Shown here one piece after another: positions 22,817 through 35,626 of a DNA stretch of 64,000 bases. Source of the DNA: Mustelus asterias (lineage: Eukaryota); contig NC_135816.1 of NCBI RefSeq assembly GCF_964213995.1, positions 64,356,001 through 64,420,000 on the forward strand, read 5' to 3'. The translations under genes and the position numbers were made by a program. How positions within the stretch are numbered: position 1 is the first letter of the stretch; each line of letters starts with the position of its first letter. Under the pieces are notes generated by a model. It was given only the letters and a program-made list of their open reading frames with translations, did no database searches and was not told the DNA's origin.

Positions 22817-23132
22817 CAACCTTTTGGCTAAGATCAAGTGTGGTCTGCTAATGCTGCACTTGGTTGAGGTCATTGGGTTGCATTTAAGCTTCATTTTCAT
22901 ATGAAGCAATTTTTAAAAGCGGCATCTCGGCCTTTTGGCTAAGATGCAAATGAGATCAAGCTTTGGAGGCGGAGACGTCCTCGTACTCCAATCAGCTTGG
23001 CTCATGTAGATCAGGCCCAAGACAGGGTAAAGGGTTGCATACCCTGTCTTGTCAGCATGGATCGGAAATGTCTCAACTTGTTGAGACTCTGAATTGGACT
23101 TGATTTGATTGAATTGGAAAAGTATAGAAAAA
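22817..23132 (+). mobile_element. U2-snRNA-derived retroposed element (SINEU-like or chimeric retrocopy)
   Basis: Two U2 5'-end segments (22820-22841 and 22925-22945), A-rich tail, 11-bp TSD AAAGAGTGTGT (22806-22816 and 23133-23143). Confidence 0.8.
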
Positions 23133-24530
23133 AAAGAGTGTGTTGCAAGTTCCTTGATTTTGCTTCTTTATCCTGTTAGGATTTGACAGTTGTAATCATT
23201 CAAATAGAATTAACATTTATTTTAACTTAGCATTTGTTTGGTTATTTGGTTCTAAAACTGAGTGTGTTTTAAGGGGGGGAGAAACTTCCATTGTTTAGTG
23301 GAATTCTGACTTTTGCAATAGGGAATTCTGTCCTTTTATATTTTTCTGACTTCTGTCTCCCAACACCAGGAGGGGAGAGCTTCAGAAATCCCAGTTCACT
23401 GCAGGTCATGAAAAAAGTACGAAAATTACATGATTCCATGTCATGAATTTTCAGACCTTTTTGTCATTGGCTACTCTCATCCTTGTGGTTAGTGGAAAGA
23501 TTTTAATACATAACTTGTTTTTAGTGCAATTTGCTACAATCTTAAGTAGCACACAATTTTTTTAATTTCTGGGGAATGAGCAATGCTGGCAAGGCTGACA
23601 TTTACCATCTGTTCATTGCCTTTGAAGGTGATGATGGTCTCCTTGAACTGCCGCAGTCCATTTCATGAAGGTGCCCCACAATGCTGTTGGGTAGAAATTA
23701 TGTCTTAGTGACAATAAAGAGGCAACTAAGTATATCCAGGTCAGGATAGACATGGAGGAGATGTTGAAGGTGATCGTGATATCATGCACCAGTACTGTAA
23801 ATGGGAAGTGCTCCATCCAACCATTCCCCTCTCCTTTTACTTTTGAGTCATGGGCAGTTGATTCATTCAGCTGCACTAGCTGTTGCTTCACTGATCCAAG
23901 TTTTGAATTAATTATTGGCTACAGTAATATCTGCAAATATTAAGATAAAATATTGACATCACGACATGAGCAGAAAAATGAGATGGGTGGGAGTAAAGGT
24001 ATATATGAATAGTTAGGTAAAAATAGATGGTCAACTATGAAGATGACCTATATTGGTGCGGTTGTGACATCAGTGCTGTTCTAAAAGTGGAAACAATAAA
24101 AATAATAAGAAGGCAGAGTAACTGAGTCATGCATTTTATAATGTTGAATGATGAAACTCGTGTAAAAGCAGAAGCATTTTAAGTGAGGTGGGAATTACTT
24201 GTTTCTCACATTATAGAAGGATATTAGGGATGATGCTTTGTTAGATTTAAGGGATTATTCAGAATTGATAGTAAATATTTGAATTGTTTCTAAGGATCGT
24301 AGTATCATTAGATATATAGCAATAAACCTGCTTAATATGAAGGCTCTGAACTAACACAATGAGAGAAAGGAATGTCTGCTGCCCAAATATATATTTTCTT
24401 GGAAAGATGGTGTTAATGTTATTTTTCCTGGTAAGATTCCTGGCCATTCCTAATTATAAGTGAACTTCTTTCAAAGATTGATTATATGGCTGCGTATAGT
24501 CTATTTCTGCTGTGGTGCTGAACCTACTGG

Positions 24531-25148
24531 AGGGGTGGCACAATGGTTAGCACTGCTGCCTCACAGGGCCAGGGACCCTGGTTCGATTCCGGCCTTGGGT
24601 GACTGTGTGGAGTTTTCACATTATTCCCGTGTCTGCGTGGGTTTACTCCCACAATCCAAGGATGTGCAGGTTAGGTGGATTAGCTGTGCTCTGTGCACGG
24701 GGTTACAGGGATAGGGAGGATGAGAGGGGCGGCACGGTAGCACAGTGGTTAGCACTGCTGCTTCACAGCTCCAGGGACCTGGGTTCAATTCCTGGCTTGG
24801 GTCACTGTCTGTGTGGAGTTTGCACATTCTCCTCGTGTCTGCGTGGGTTTCCTCCGGGTGCTCCGGTTTCCTCCCACAGTCCAAAGATGTGCGGGTTAGG
24901 TTGATTGGCCATGCTAAAATTGCCCTTAGTGTCCTGAGATGCATAGGTTAGAGGGATTAGTGGGTAAATATATGGGGGTAGGGCCTGGGTGGGATTGTGG
25001 TCGGTGCAGACTCGATGGGCCGAATGACCTCTTTCTGTGCTGTAGGGATTCTAAGAAGATTCTAAGAGTGCCTTGGTAATGCCCTTTCGGATAGTCAATG
25101 CAGACTCAATGCGCCGAAAGGCCTCTTTCTGCACGGTTGGGATTGTTT
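24531..25148 (+). mobile_element. Older V-SINE (24531-24726 plus 25067-25148) with a younger V-SINE nested inside (24727-25066)
   Basis: Two SINE heads in tandem followed by two SINE tails. Confidence 0.85.
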
Positions 25149-25203
25149 GGTTGTATTCCCAGTCTTAGTTACGTTTCCTAATGATCCTTTGTTTCAACTA
25201 CAG

Positions 25204-25335
25204 GTTTTCCTGGAAATGGAAACACACCAAATAGCAATGGCCATGATTGAGAAGTTCAAGAAAATACCCCTTATGTTCCATGGCAGAGAGCTGAAAGTAT
25301 ATTTGTCTCAAAAATATAAAAATCTAGTATTGAGG
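25204..25335 (+). CDS. MATR3: Matrin-3-like exon, RRM2 second half (VFLEMETHQIAMAMIE...LSQKYKNLVLR)
   Basis: ctacag / gtaagt; 132 nt, phase 0; matches AFIEMETREDAMAMV...LSEKYKKLVLR. Confidence 0.93.
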
Positions 25336-25870
25336 GTAAGTCATATGTTAATGTTAAATTTTATTTATTAGGATTGAGGCCAGTGAGTAGCTGGATATGG
25401 TTATTGAAATGTTGACTTTGGGATTTGCAAAATCAACCTGTTTCGCTGGCACACAAAAATGCCCTTTCAACTTGCATTGCTATTGTGGCATCATTTACCT
25501 CAGCCAAAGCATACCACTGCTGCCTGAGTAGAACCAACACTGTCCCAGTAAACAATGTTGCTGAGCAGTACTGACTGGTAATTTAAATAGCTAAATAGTT
25601 GGAAGTAGATATTCACAGTGTGTACCAGAACAATTGAACTGCACATGCAGAATGACCTCATAAAAACGTGGAATTTACTGCTGGGTTTGATGCTTTAGTA
25701 ACAGAATGATGACATACTTTCTCATACCCTTAATAAGCAAATTATTTAAATTGTCTAGCATAAGAGCTCCTTCATGAAAGAGTTAGTATTGTACTTTAAG
25801 AATTCTCTGCCTACTTCAAGAATTAACTCAGGTGGCAACAAGGGAATTGATATTTTATTTCTTCTTTCAG

Positions 25871-25923
25871 AAACAAGGCAAAGGAGTTGACGAACTGTTA
25901 AGAAACAGAGAGCGAGAAAACCG
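25871..25923 (+). CDS. MATR3: Matrin-3-like exon (KQGKGVDELLRNRERENR)
   Basis: cttctttcag / gtaagc; 53 nt, phase 0 to 2; corresponds to IPNRGIDLLKKDKSR. Confidence 0.85.
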
Positions 25924-26923
25924 GTAAGCTGTGTACTTAAATGTTCTATTTATTTATGTTGGCTAAGTTTCAACAGTAACTCATTGAGAATAATTTAAAC
26001 TTATTTGAGGGACAGTTAAGCAAATGTAATTAAGCTGCATTAGATATTAATAATTTAGAAATTTCCCTTTAGAAATATCTGCAGTGTAAGTGTTTTGTAA
26101 ATGTTTTTTTTGGAGTTTGGTGCAGTTTGACATACAGGCATTAGCAATTAGGCAGATGCAACAAAGACAGCTCTGCTATACACATTTCTGCTGCTAATTT
26201 CAGAGCATCTTTGGTGAAAGCTTGTGGGTTTGGTGACAGCCATCATAGATAGATTGCAGCATGTGGAAAGGAGAGAAAAAATTAAAGACCTTAAAAAAAT
26301 TGGTATAATCTTTCCACTCGCTCACTTAACCACCAATTCTTTTCAGACTAAATAACAGATTTGTTTATAACCTTAAGAGAGCAGTGTACTCTCCTGGAGC
26401 ATCAAGGCATCTATTTACATAGCAACTAATGTTCAGACTTAATACTCTTCTAAGTAAAACAAAAATCAATAAATTAAACACAAATGAGGTGGGGTGACAG
26501 CCCCTGGTGGGGCACTAAATCTTCAGTGTTTATAGGTGCAATTACTAATTAATTCATAATCATGGACAACTTAGCTTTGAATTCAGAGTGATTTTAACCT
26601 GCCAATGTCATCATTTGATGCTCCAGTCTTAAGACGGGAGCAGAAAGCAAATGCAATCATCCGCGAGTAGATTCAAAGCCGGTATATTTTTGTTTTGTAT
26701 TTAGTCCATTTCCTAATGCTGTGAGTGATTATTAATTTTCCTATGTTGACAAATTCTTGGCATCTGTTCTTTTAACATCAACTAAAATCAGGAGCTTGTA
26801 ATCAAAGATACAAACCAACAGTGTGTTGAAACTCTGGCCTTTTTCTTAAGGAAAGCACTAATGATGGCACTTTTTGAAATGCCTAATAGTTCAATTCATG
26901 TTTTCATGGATGTTTGATTTCAG

Positions 26924-27338
26924 GAAAAGGGGTCGTTCTCACAGTCCTCCTTCTAAAAGAGCACGATCCCCCAGCAATAAGAGAAAGGCTCAAGATAAAT
27001 CCAAGAATTCGAAGGAAACAGACCATGAAAGTACAGAGATGGGCTCTCCTTCGATGGAGGAAAATAAAGATTCCAAACAGACGGAAGGAGAAAATATTGC
27101 AAAAGTAAAGTCACAGGGCAGCCCTTCGCCAGACACTGATAATGATGAAGAAGATGGAGCAGAAGACTTACTGTTGGCCTATGATGAATCAGTGAAAGCC
27201 AAGTTTGAACCTGGTGATGATATGGAAGTGGAATTGGAACCAGATATGGAAGTCGGGCACTTCAGCGAATGTGAAACTAAAGAGGAGGCTGATGATGCTG
27301 AGTCAGGTTCTCAGATCTCAGCACGATTATCTGGAAAG
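26924..27338 (+). CDS. MATR3: Matrin-3-like exon, basic/RS (NLS-like) plus acidic low-complexity region
   Basis: tttcag / gtaggc; 415 nt, phase 2 to 0; RKRGRSHSPPSKRARSP followed by a D/E-rich stretch. Confidence 0.88.
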
Positions 27339-28194
27339 GTAGGCATAGTTTGTTTAAATATACTGACAATTTAAAATGTTAAATATGTGTGATTTGGATT
27401 ACAGAAAAGGGTGAAACTTGTTTATGGATTCATGCTTTCCTAACAGTGTTCATACCCTTTTTATTCAGGTGTTATGAATGCTTTTGTATTCTTGCATTTG
27501 TCATTTTTCAGTCTGGATTCAGTTTAGTGTGTATTTGTAGTATAGTGATAATGGTTGTATGCCATATTCTATACTAGAAACAGAACAAAGGTTCAAGAAG
27601 ATAAAGTTATTATAGCAGTTATCATGCAATAGAAGGTTTTTTAACATGAGTATTTGTCTATTCTCCCCTCCCTTTTACAAGAACTATTTATCCTGCTGCA
27701 GCTGGAGTCTGAAATGAGTTGCTGTTCCTAAATTGCAACACGGCAGCACAAAACAATGGTTAAGAGCACACCCAATGCTTTTCATGTAGCCTTCACATAC
27801 AGATTGAATATTGCTATTCTCTTGGGAGGTGGCGGGGTGGACATATAAGGAGGTTGTTCTTTTTAAGAAATTCATATGAGTGTAATCTTGTAGCATGATT
27901 AACTTGGAAATCTTATATACTCGGCAAATTATTTTCACTTCCATGTGAACAATGGATGAGAATTGCTGTGACCCCCTGCATGCTATTCTTGCGCTGTTCT
28001 CTACTGTAGGATATCCCCACTTCCAAAAAACCATCATTCTCTTTTGTTCCTCTGATGTTACGTCACTAGATGGGGCAGTTCTCATTTTCTATCTGCTTCC
28101 AAGATTTTGTTCTTTCAATTTAGAAAACTGTACATGGACCTGGCCTTCAGAGAGTTTGTACTTGTACCTGGCCTTGCATTGGATAACCTTTTGA

Positions 28195-28540
28195 TTTTTT
28201 GATTTGATTTATTATTGTCACATATATACAGTGAAAAGTATTGTTTCTTGCGCGCTATACAGACAAAGCATACCGTACATAACGAGAGAGCACAGAATGT
28301 TGTGTTACAGTTATAGCTAGTGTGTAGAGAAAGGTCAACTTAATGCAAGGTAGGTCCATTCAAAAGTCTGATGGCAGCAGGGAAGAAGCTGTTCTTGAGT
28401 CGGTTGGTACGTGACCTCCGACTTCTGTATCTTTTTCTAGACGGAAGAAGGTGGGAGAGAAAATGTCTGGGGTGCGTGGGGTCCTTAATTATGCTGGCTG
28501 CTTTGCAGAGGCAGCGGGAAGTGTAGACAGTCAATGGACG
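28195..28540 (-). mobile_element. Rex1/Babar-type LINE 3' fragment
   Basis: C-terminal peptide KAASIIKDPTHP..LLPS.KRYRS..RTNRLKNSFFPAAIRLLN, then 3'UTR with AATAAA and an AATCAA repeat tail. Confidence 0.7.
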
Positions 28541-28616
28541 TCATAATTCTTGCAGCACTTGTGCTGAGAATCTTGATGACTTGTTATAGTGACTTCACTA
28601 TGTATTATGGCATATG

Positions 28617-28739
28617 ATGTGGAGATGCCGGCGTTGGACTGGGGTAAACACAGTCAGAGTTTTAACAACACCAGGTTAAAGTCCAACAGTTTGCGGTGTC
28701 GATGGTAGTCATGATTTAACCTGGTGTTGTTAAAACTCT
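28617..28739. mobile_element. Short Penelope-type hairpin insertion
   Basis: Shared terminus TGTGGAGATGCCGGCGTTGGACTGGGGTAAACACAG plus inverted arms; flanking 14-bp direct repeat TATTATGGCATATG. Confidence 0.8.
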
Positions 28740-29155
28740 TATTATGGCATATGGTCAGCAATGAGCAAAGCAGAATATCCATAGGGAAGCAGTCCCACAG
28801 CTACTGGGCTGAGACTACATTAACCATCCCTTTGCTTTCACATCAACTACACCTCAGTCACCAGGCCATTTCAGTTCACCTGATGGTTTGCTTTGATGTT
28901 GTGAATCACATCCAGCTTTATATTTGCATTAACTTTTCAAAGGTACGAATCATTTTAAAATCCAATCAACTGCTCAGTTTTCCACCATCCACTTCTCTAC
29001 ATTTGACCAAACTCAACAAATGATTGATCGCTTTGATACTGATAGTTATGCTATTTGACTTCACTGGTCTCCTCTTCAAACTAAAGTAAATGAATAAAGC
29101 TAACCAATGTTACAAAATTCTCATTTATTTGTGAAGAAAGGCAGATAGCTGCTTC

Positions 29156-29581
29156 ATAAGAACATAAGAAATAGGAGCAGGAGTAGGCCATCTAGCCCCT
29201 TAAGCCTGCTCCGTCATTCAATAAGATCATGGCTGATCTGATAGTGGGTTCAGTTCCACTTACCCGCCCGCTCCCCATAACCCTTAATTCCCTTAATGGT
29301 TAAAAATCTATCTATCTGTGACTTAAACACATTTAACGAGGTAGCCTCTACTGCTTCATTGGGCAGAGAATTCCAAAGATTCACTACCCTCTGGGAGAAG
29401 AAGTTCCTCCTCAACTCTGTTCTAAATTGACTCCCCTGTATTTTGAGGCTATGCCCCCTAGTTCTTGTTTCCATTGTAAGTGGAAATAACCTCGCTGCTT
29501 CTACCCTGTCTAGCCCCTTCATTATCTTGTATGTCTCTATAAGATCTCCCCTCAACCTTCTAAACTCCAATGAGTACAAAC
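29156..29581 (-). mobile_element. 5'-truncated CR1 related to the full-length copy
   Basis: ORF2 C-terminus (YSLEFRRLRGDLIE...NLWNSLP) and the same 3'UTR/tail. Confidence 0.9.
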
Positions 29582-30405
29582 TTCAGGTTTATACTTGGGG
29601 AAAGGAGGAAGGAAGAAACGAGAGAATGTGTAGTTAGATTTGGGGAGAAATGGTGAACATCGGAATGCATATTATTTTAAAAAGGATAGAAGAATGGTGA
29701 TGAAAATGTATGAATAATATTAATATCCAGTGAGTCAGTACTTGGAACTGTCTATCGAGAACATATTGGAGTCCATTTAAGCACAGAGGAACTCTCTGAA
29801 ATAAAATAATATTTGTAGAGCCACATTGGTTTGTATAGCCTAACAAAAGTTTTGGTGAAAAAGCCTTTGGCCATTAATCAAGTGCTGCTTGATGACGTTT
29901 CTAGTTTTGAGTGGTGGAGTATAACAGTTGCTGACTTGTCTTTGGACCGTTCATTGATTGTTGGTGGTGTCTTTAGCACTATTTAGCAGAAGCTGCCTCA
30001 GCTCCAGCATTGATCCAGCTGAATTTCAACACTAAATCCGAAAGACCTTTTATATGGTCTTTACCTGTAGAAACATCCCTTTTTACCTGCCTGTTTTCTC
30101 TGAATTCTTTTTGAGTTTTCGCCTCACTGTATGAATTTGTTTTTTACTCATTTGCTTGCTTTCAGAATGTCTGTAATTTAACTGTAAAATGAAATTATAT
30201 GCAGTGATGGTTTTGAGACAGTTGTCTCTTTACAGGACTCAAACCCAAAAAGGCCAGTTTTCTTATTCTGTTTTCTTATCCAAAAATGACATTGGAGCAA
30301 CCAAACATCTTATAAGTGAACTTCTCTGTACAGCAAAGCCGTTGAATCACATTTTGAACCTGTGACATTTTATTTGTACTATTGTAATTTTTTTTTTCAC
30401 TTCAG

Positions 30406-30742
30406 AGATCAGAAGGCATACGGTGTCCAGAATATGTAGATGAGTTTTTTGCCCTTGATGAGGTTGATGACCCGCATGGTATTCTGGCTCCGAAAATAAA
30501 ATCTGTCCAAACTGACAAAATGGATGCTGATGTTAGCAAAGGTGAACAAGATGCTGAAAGACAAAGGTTTAATCTAAGAAACAATATGGATGAAAACCCT
30601 GAAGCTGATAGAAAAACCGATGAAGAAGCAAAGGGAAACAGTTCCACAATATGTGAAGAACCATCAAGTGAACAGATCCAGGCGCTCTCTCCTCTTCCAG
30701 ATGAATACAAGCTTGGGCCATATAAACCCAACAATCCTGTAG
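30406..30742 (+). CDS. MATR3: Matrin-3-like exon (RSEG...DEFFALDEVDD...PDEYKLGPYKPNNPVG)
   Basis: Strong polypyrimidine tract with ttcag / gtaagt; 337 nt, phase 0 to 1; matches PDEYRIGPYQPNVPVG. Confidence 0.9.
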
Positions 30743-31597
30743 GTAAGTTTTCTTTAATATTCATAGGATGTAGGTGACACTGGTAAGGCCAACATTTATT
30801 CCTCATCCTTAAATGCCCTTGAGAAGAGCTACCTTCTTGTATACAACTGAGCAATTTGCTAAGCCATTTCAGAGGGAGTTAAGAGTCAACCACATTGTGA
30901 ATTATGAAGTTACATTTGGGTCAGAGCATTTCGAGATGGCAGACTTCCTTTCCTAAATGATATTAGTGAACCAGATTTTTTTAATCACAGTCCGATAGTT
31001 TTATTGTCACCATTGCTGATGCTAACCTTTTATTCTGGATTTTTTATTTAATGAATTTAATTTCCCCAGCTGCTGTGGTAGGATTTGAACTAGTTTCTGA
31101 GGATCACTAATTCAGCATTCTTAACGTTAATTACTTCATTCCTTAATTTTTTCTTTTTTTTCCCATACAACTACTGATTCTTCAAGTGATTTTTAGCAGG
31201 TGCTCACAGGCATTTGGTATCTCCCCTAAAAGCTAACTCTTCATGGGTAAGCCTACATGATATAGGAGGTTTTCAGTCTATGCAAGCATACTTCCCAGCA
31301 GGATAAGTGATAACCAATCATATGATAAACCTTGAATTATTTTCCTTTCCCTAACCTTCAGGTGCTAGTTGTAACAGCTCCTTTCCTTGGCAGGGATTAG
31401 TTAATTCAACACTGACAGTCAAATCTAGGACATTATGGTTTATTTGGCGCAGGACTGCTCGCAAAGCGCTACTCTATTTCCTTATTACTCCTGGGTTATG
31501 ATAGACTTCAAGACCCCAAAACAAAAAACTGCCAGAGTTGGCCATAATTTGATTAATCAATCTACCACATGAATCCGGGGAGGGGGGGTGGGGGGTT

Positions 31598-31893
31598 TGG
31601 GCATGGTGGCACCGTGGTTCGCACTGCTACCTCACAGCGGCAGGAACCTGGGTTCAATTGCAGCCTTTGGGTAACTGTCTGTGTTGTGTTTGCACACTCT
31701 CTCTATGTTGTGTGAGTTTCCTCCCACACTCCAAAGATGTGTGGGTTAGGTTGATTGGTCATGCTAAATTGTCACTTAGTGTCAAGGAGGTTAGCAGGGT
31801 AAATACATAGGGTTACGGGGATAGGGCTGGGTGGGATTGTTGTTGGCGCAGGCTCAATGAGCTGAATGGCCTCTCTGCACTGTAGGGATTCTA
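31598..31893 (+). mobile_element. V-SINE (HE1-like)
   Basis: Homology to the other copies. Confidence 0.85.
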
Positions 31894-32138
31894 GGGTAGC
31901 AGGTAGCATTGCTCACTTTCACACTTGCAGCTTATTTCATTTATATACACGCTTTCTCAACTCTTTTAAAATACTTATTTTTCCTTTTAAAACACCCCTG
32001 GGTCTGGCTTTCAAGTTTACAAACTACTGTTGGAAGAACAATAACCGAACAAAAAAAAAGTTCAGTCCTTTCCAGTGGCTTTCTTTTTTTTATATTTGTT
32101 CACAGGAGACTGTCTCTTGTCATCCCTTTGACTCTTGT

Positions 32139-32463
32139 TCATAGAATCATAGAATGCTACAGTGCAGAAAGAGGCCATTCGGCCCATCGAGTCTGCACCA
32201 ACCACAATCTCACCCAGGCCCTATCCACATATCCCTACATATTTACCCACTAACCCCTCTAACCTATGCATCCCGGGACACTAAGGGGCAATTTAGAATG
32301 GCCAATCAACCTAGCCTGCACATCTTTGGACTGTGGGAGGAAACCCACGCAGACACAGGGAGAATGTGCAAACTCCACACAGACAGCGACCCGAGCCGGA
32401 TTCGAACCAGGAACCTGAAGCTGTGAAGCAGCAGTGCTAACCACTGTGCTACCGTGCCGCCCA
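32139..32463 (-). mobile_element. V-SINE (HE1-like)
   Basis: Homology to the other copies; TTCTATGA tail. Confidence 0.9.
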
Positions 32464-32859
32464 TACCGTGTTGCCCTCTCCCTTCTCCTCCCTCCCTCTT
32501 GCCCCTCTCTCTGGTATCATTGATACTTTGGTATGGTTTGTATCGTGTTCCTTTATAATAAAAGTGCATCCTAGCCGTATCAGGTGGTTATTAGATTTAG
32601 TGTCCAAAAGTGAGTCCATCTGCATTCATTTTATGGTACCATACAATTCTCATTTGAAGTAGCCTAGAAACATTTCACTACAGCTGATTAAAAGTACTGT
32701 AATTTTCTGATTCTTCATGTTGTAGTGTATTTGCCAGATTGCGTTATAATGTGTACATGATTCTGTCTCACAACATTTTCCAACCATTTTCTCTTCGGCC
32801 ACCAAATTTCAAACTTTTTGTTGTCAATCATTCTCACCCCTGGTTGATGCACTGAGTAT

Positions 32860-34175
32860 GATTTTCCAAAATTTCCTAGTTCTCGAATGGTCCTAGCAAA
32901 TTAGAAGTTAGCAAATCTAATGTTACTGTTATATTCCAAGAAAGGAAGAAGAGCTAAAAACTAAAGGTCCATTAGCCTGGCATCAGTCATCAGGGAAACT
33001 CTGTAATCTACTATTAATAAAATTGTAACACTGCTGTTAGAAAAATCTGAAGTATGCCCAACGCAGCTTTGCAAAAGGGGCATAGCGTTTGACAAGCATA
33101 TTCTTTTTTGAGGATATCCAGTAGGATCGATAACAGAGACCCTGTAGAAGTAGTATGCTTGCATTTCCAAAAGACATTCAGTAATAAATATAATAAAGGT
33201 TATTATGCAAGGTAAAGGCTCACAGAGTCGGGGTAATATATTAGCATGGATGGAAGATTGGTTAAGCTTTGAGGAGTACACACCTGATTTGTACTTTGTA
33301 GATGGTGTACAGACTTTGTGGAGTCAGGAGGTGAGTTATCTGCTGCAGAATTCCTAGATTCTGACCTGCAATTGTATCCACGGTATTTATATGGCTAGTC
33401 CAGTTCAGTTTCTGGATAATAGTAACCTCTAGGATGTTGATAGTGGGGGATTCAGTGATGATAATACTACTGAATATCATGGGCAATGGTTAGATTTTCT
33501 CTTGTTAGAGATGGTCATTGCCTGGCATTTATGTGGCATGAATGTTACTTGCTGCTGCATTTGGTCATGGATTACTTCACTATCTGAGTAGTCACAATTG
33601 GTGCTTAACATTTGTGCACTCGTCAATGAACATCCCCACTTCTGACTTTATGATGGAAGGAGGATCATTGATGAAGCAGCTTAAGATGGTTGGGCCTAGG
33701 ACACTACTCTGAGGAACTCATGCAGTAATGTCCTGGAACTGAGATGATTGATCTTCAACTATCTTCCTTTGTGTTAGGTATGACTCTAAGCAGCAGATGG
33801 TTTTCCCCCTAATCTCCATTAACTTCAGCTTTGCTGGAGCTTGCTGCCACACTGGGTCAATTCAGCTTTGATGCCAAGAGAAGTCACTCTCACTTCACGA
33901 CTGGAATACAATTCTTTTGTTCCTGTTTAAATCAAGGCTGTAATGAGGTCAGGAGCTGAGTGACCCTGGCGGAACCCTAACTAAGCATCAGTGAGCAGAT
34001 GATAGCGCTGTTGATGACCCTTTCTATTGCTTCACTGATGAAGGAGAGTAGACTGGGCAAAAATTGACCAAGTTGGATTTGTCCTATTTCTTGTGCACAA
34101 GACTTACCTGGTCAATTGTCTACATTGCCAGGTAGGTGTCACTGTTCTGGCTCTACTGGCACAGTTTGGCTAGTT
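32860..34175. mobile_element. Old CR1/L2-type LINE fragments (two, opposite orientation)
   Basis: Degenerate RT-like segments on + (32860-33265) and - (33270-34175; QKLNWTSHINT). Confidence 0.6.
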
Positions 34176-35626
34176 TTAAACAGAAAACCCTGGCTCATGC
34201 ACAGCTTGTTGGAGCAGTTGCAGTGTAACTTCAGAAAGTGACATTGAGGGTAAAGCCCTTTTCTCCAGAGTGAAAATTGAACTTAAATAAAACTAATTAG
34301 CTGCCAAATTCAATGTTCGTGATTCTTGTACCAGTTGAACCTGTGTGTGTCTTGAATGGCAGTGTCACCAGGCAGGAACCGGACTACACAGTAGAAATCC
34401 TAAATTTAAGAGGACTAAACATTTTGGTCCATTGTTGCTGTTGATTTCTGTATTTTGAGTTAGCTGTAGACCTACATAACTGGCTCTCGGTATTGTTTCT
34501 CAGTCATAGATTCTTCATTGAATAGGTTAAGTAACAGATGAATTAAGAAGCAATGGCCTAATATTATGGTTGTTTTGATCCAGAAAGTGCACTTGCCCAT
34601 TCTCTCCTCCTCTCCCCCCCCTCCCTCCCCCGTGCTCTGCCCGCAAAAATATCAGCAATTCCGAATCGTGCTGCACAAACCTATGGGCGGGGCTTAATGC
34701 GCCTGGAACCCTGCAGCTCCCTTCAGCAGCTCCAACTGCACATGCACTCAAAAAAATGATAGGAATGCTGCTCCCCTGCCACATCCCTGCCTCCACCCCC
34801 TCCCCCCGATCTCAAGCAGAGAGCCATTGGATGCTCAGCACCTACCTCCTCACTAACTGAGCCTGAATCAAACTTCTATGGAGTATGTCTGTTTTGCGCC
34901 GATTCTGGATGGGTGAACGGGGTGGTGAAGGGGCAAGTGCTGGTAAAGTTGGGAGTGCAGCCCATTAAGTCAATTTAAATGCATGCAAATGCAATTAAAT
35001 TGACGTCACGCCCAATTTGGGTGTGGTCCTGATCGCGGCCATTTTAGGGCCTTGGTAAAGGGGGAACTGGCACGGAGGCGGACACAGATCACGCTACTCG
35101 CCTCATGCCCGACTTTATCAAGTTTTCGTGCCCGAAAACAGGTGCAACGTGATGATAAAATCGGGCCCATTGAGTTTTACAACACAAAAAATGCTGTCAA
35201 GCATTGAGTAACTAACAGTGCTTGATAAAAGCTCGATACTAATGTTAATACATCATCTTTCATAGTGTCAGGCATCAGAGTAGGTACTTTTAAAATATTT
35301 TGTGAACTGATGTACCACATCACCCCATGACTTGCCTTTTTAATGGAAAATGTATGCTTCTTGATTAAGCACATTGGCCCTGCTATTCTGTAGATATTAA
35401 TAAACACTCCCTGCATATTTGTAATTTCTGTAAGCTGGTATACAGCCTGTAATATCTGAACTACATTACCTTTTAACTTTTTTCCTTCCATATATTCTAT
35501 ACCAGTTTGCTTTGCATTGCTGTGCAACATATCCAGGAATAATATTTACAGTGTCTGCTTTGGCAATATTTAAGTACTTGCACTGGAATGATCAGAAAGC
35601 TAATAGAGCATTATACTCTCTTTCAG

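Noticed and set aside
22820-22945. Functional U2 snRNA gene
   Set aside because: Only 21-22-nt 5' segments match. The branch-point recognition region is broken and the U2 3' domain is absent, while a TSD and A tail indicate retroposition.
34570-35168. CpG-island promoter
   Set aside because: The GC-rich patch ends in a TIR-like ATAAAATCGGGCCC and sits mid-intron. It is more likely a DNA-transposon remnant, but the partner end was not found, so it is not annotated.
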